Below, piece after piece: positions 8,052 to 8,779 of a stretch of 8,779 nt of DNA. The notes under the pieces were generated by a model, which saw nothing but the letters and a program-made list of their open reading frames with translations, did no database searches and was not told the DNA's origin. The translations under genes were made by a program, and so were the position numbers. Numbering within the stretch: the stretch's first letter is position 1; each line of letters starts with the position of its first letter. Origin of the DNA: Trichoplax adhaerens. Lineage: Eukaryota; Animalia; Placozoa. The stretch is from positions 1 through 8,779 of the forward strand of contig NW_002061100.1 of assembly GCF_000150275.1 (NCBI RefSeq). The letters run 5' to 3'.

Positions 8052-8778
8052 AGCACGGGAGTATCAATACGTTCAAATATTTGAAAAATTATCAAAGAGT
8101 AATAGGTTATTTCGATATCAGCACAAATCGACTTGTATGTGATAGAGATGGTCTATAAGCCTTTATATAAATTTTCACTATAAAATACTATAAATGCTTC
8201 ACAAAACGTATCATATACATAGTCATTTATAATTTAAGAAATCTTGACAGAAGACAATTAAAATGTACTAATGTTAGTAAAAATTCGTGATTGCATATCC
8301 ACCACAAATTATATTTTAGGATAATGCTATCCTGATATCTTAATAAAAAAATTACAGGACTTAGCAAGATATTGCAATTTCATGGACGAATATTAAATAC
8401 AGCACACTATTACATTTAAAAAGGAGATATTTGGAGCCACACTGGACTCTTAACCAGTCCAGTTTTCTTGGAAATAGATATCTGTACATATTTCTTATGA
8501 CTACAATAGATAATTAATTGATTTAACTTACTTTAGGGAGCAATAATATCGTATCCACTGACGTATTGATATTTAAATTAATCTTTTAACTGTAGCAACA
8601 AGCAAAATTAAGGATAATCTAACTTATTTTACGCGGGTTAAAAGGAAATCGATCAAATGCGTGAACTCATAAATGTATTGCTATGTTCTATAGACAAAAA
8701 TAAACGTATTTTTTTTAATTTAAAATAGCCCACATCCTGCTTTTCAGGCAAATCAAAAATAGGCTTAGTACGGTTGTT
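8052..8778 (+). repeat. 727-bp direct repeat, copy 2 (essentially the whole terminal contig; likely assembly redundancy)
   Basis: Starts at the first base after the 50-N gap and runs to the penultimate base of the window; identical by eye to 2167-2893. Confidence 0.9.
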
Positions 8779-8779
8779 T

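Overview
AT-rich eukaryotic (spliceosomal-intron) genomic DNA from a draft assembly, with two N gaps at 1503-1703 and 8002-8051. The one clear gene is a two-exon secreted phospholipase A2 on the minus strand, join(6084-6205, 6419-6737), 146 aa. The ORF track shows only exon 1. It has an intact H48/D49/Y52/D99 catalytic set, Asn in place of Cys27 and an unusual extra C-terminal Cys pair. Downstream of it is a cluster of transposon remnants: a 631-bp solo LTR with a perfect 5-bp TSD (3500-4130), an unrelated 921-bp probable solo LTR (4282-5202) and a ~240-bp non-autonomous Helitron-like element (5483-5722). Removing the first LTR rejoins an old diverged tandem repeat (~2660-3010 vs ~3302-3499 + 4136-4281) that looks like a decayed minus-strand coding module, possibly F5/8 type C (discoidin)-like. 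The last 727 bp duplicate 2167-2893 with no difference seen and are probably an assembly artefact. The N27-type sPLA2 suggests an invertebrate host such as a placozoan or cnidarian (inference). I found no convincing new multi-gene system.
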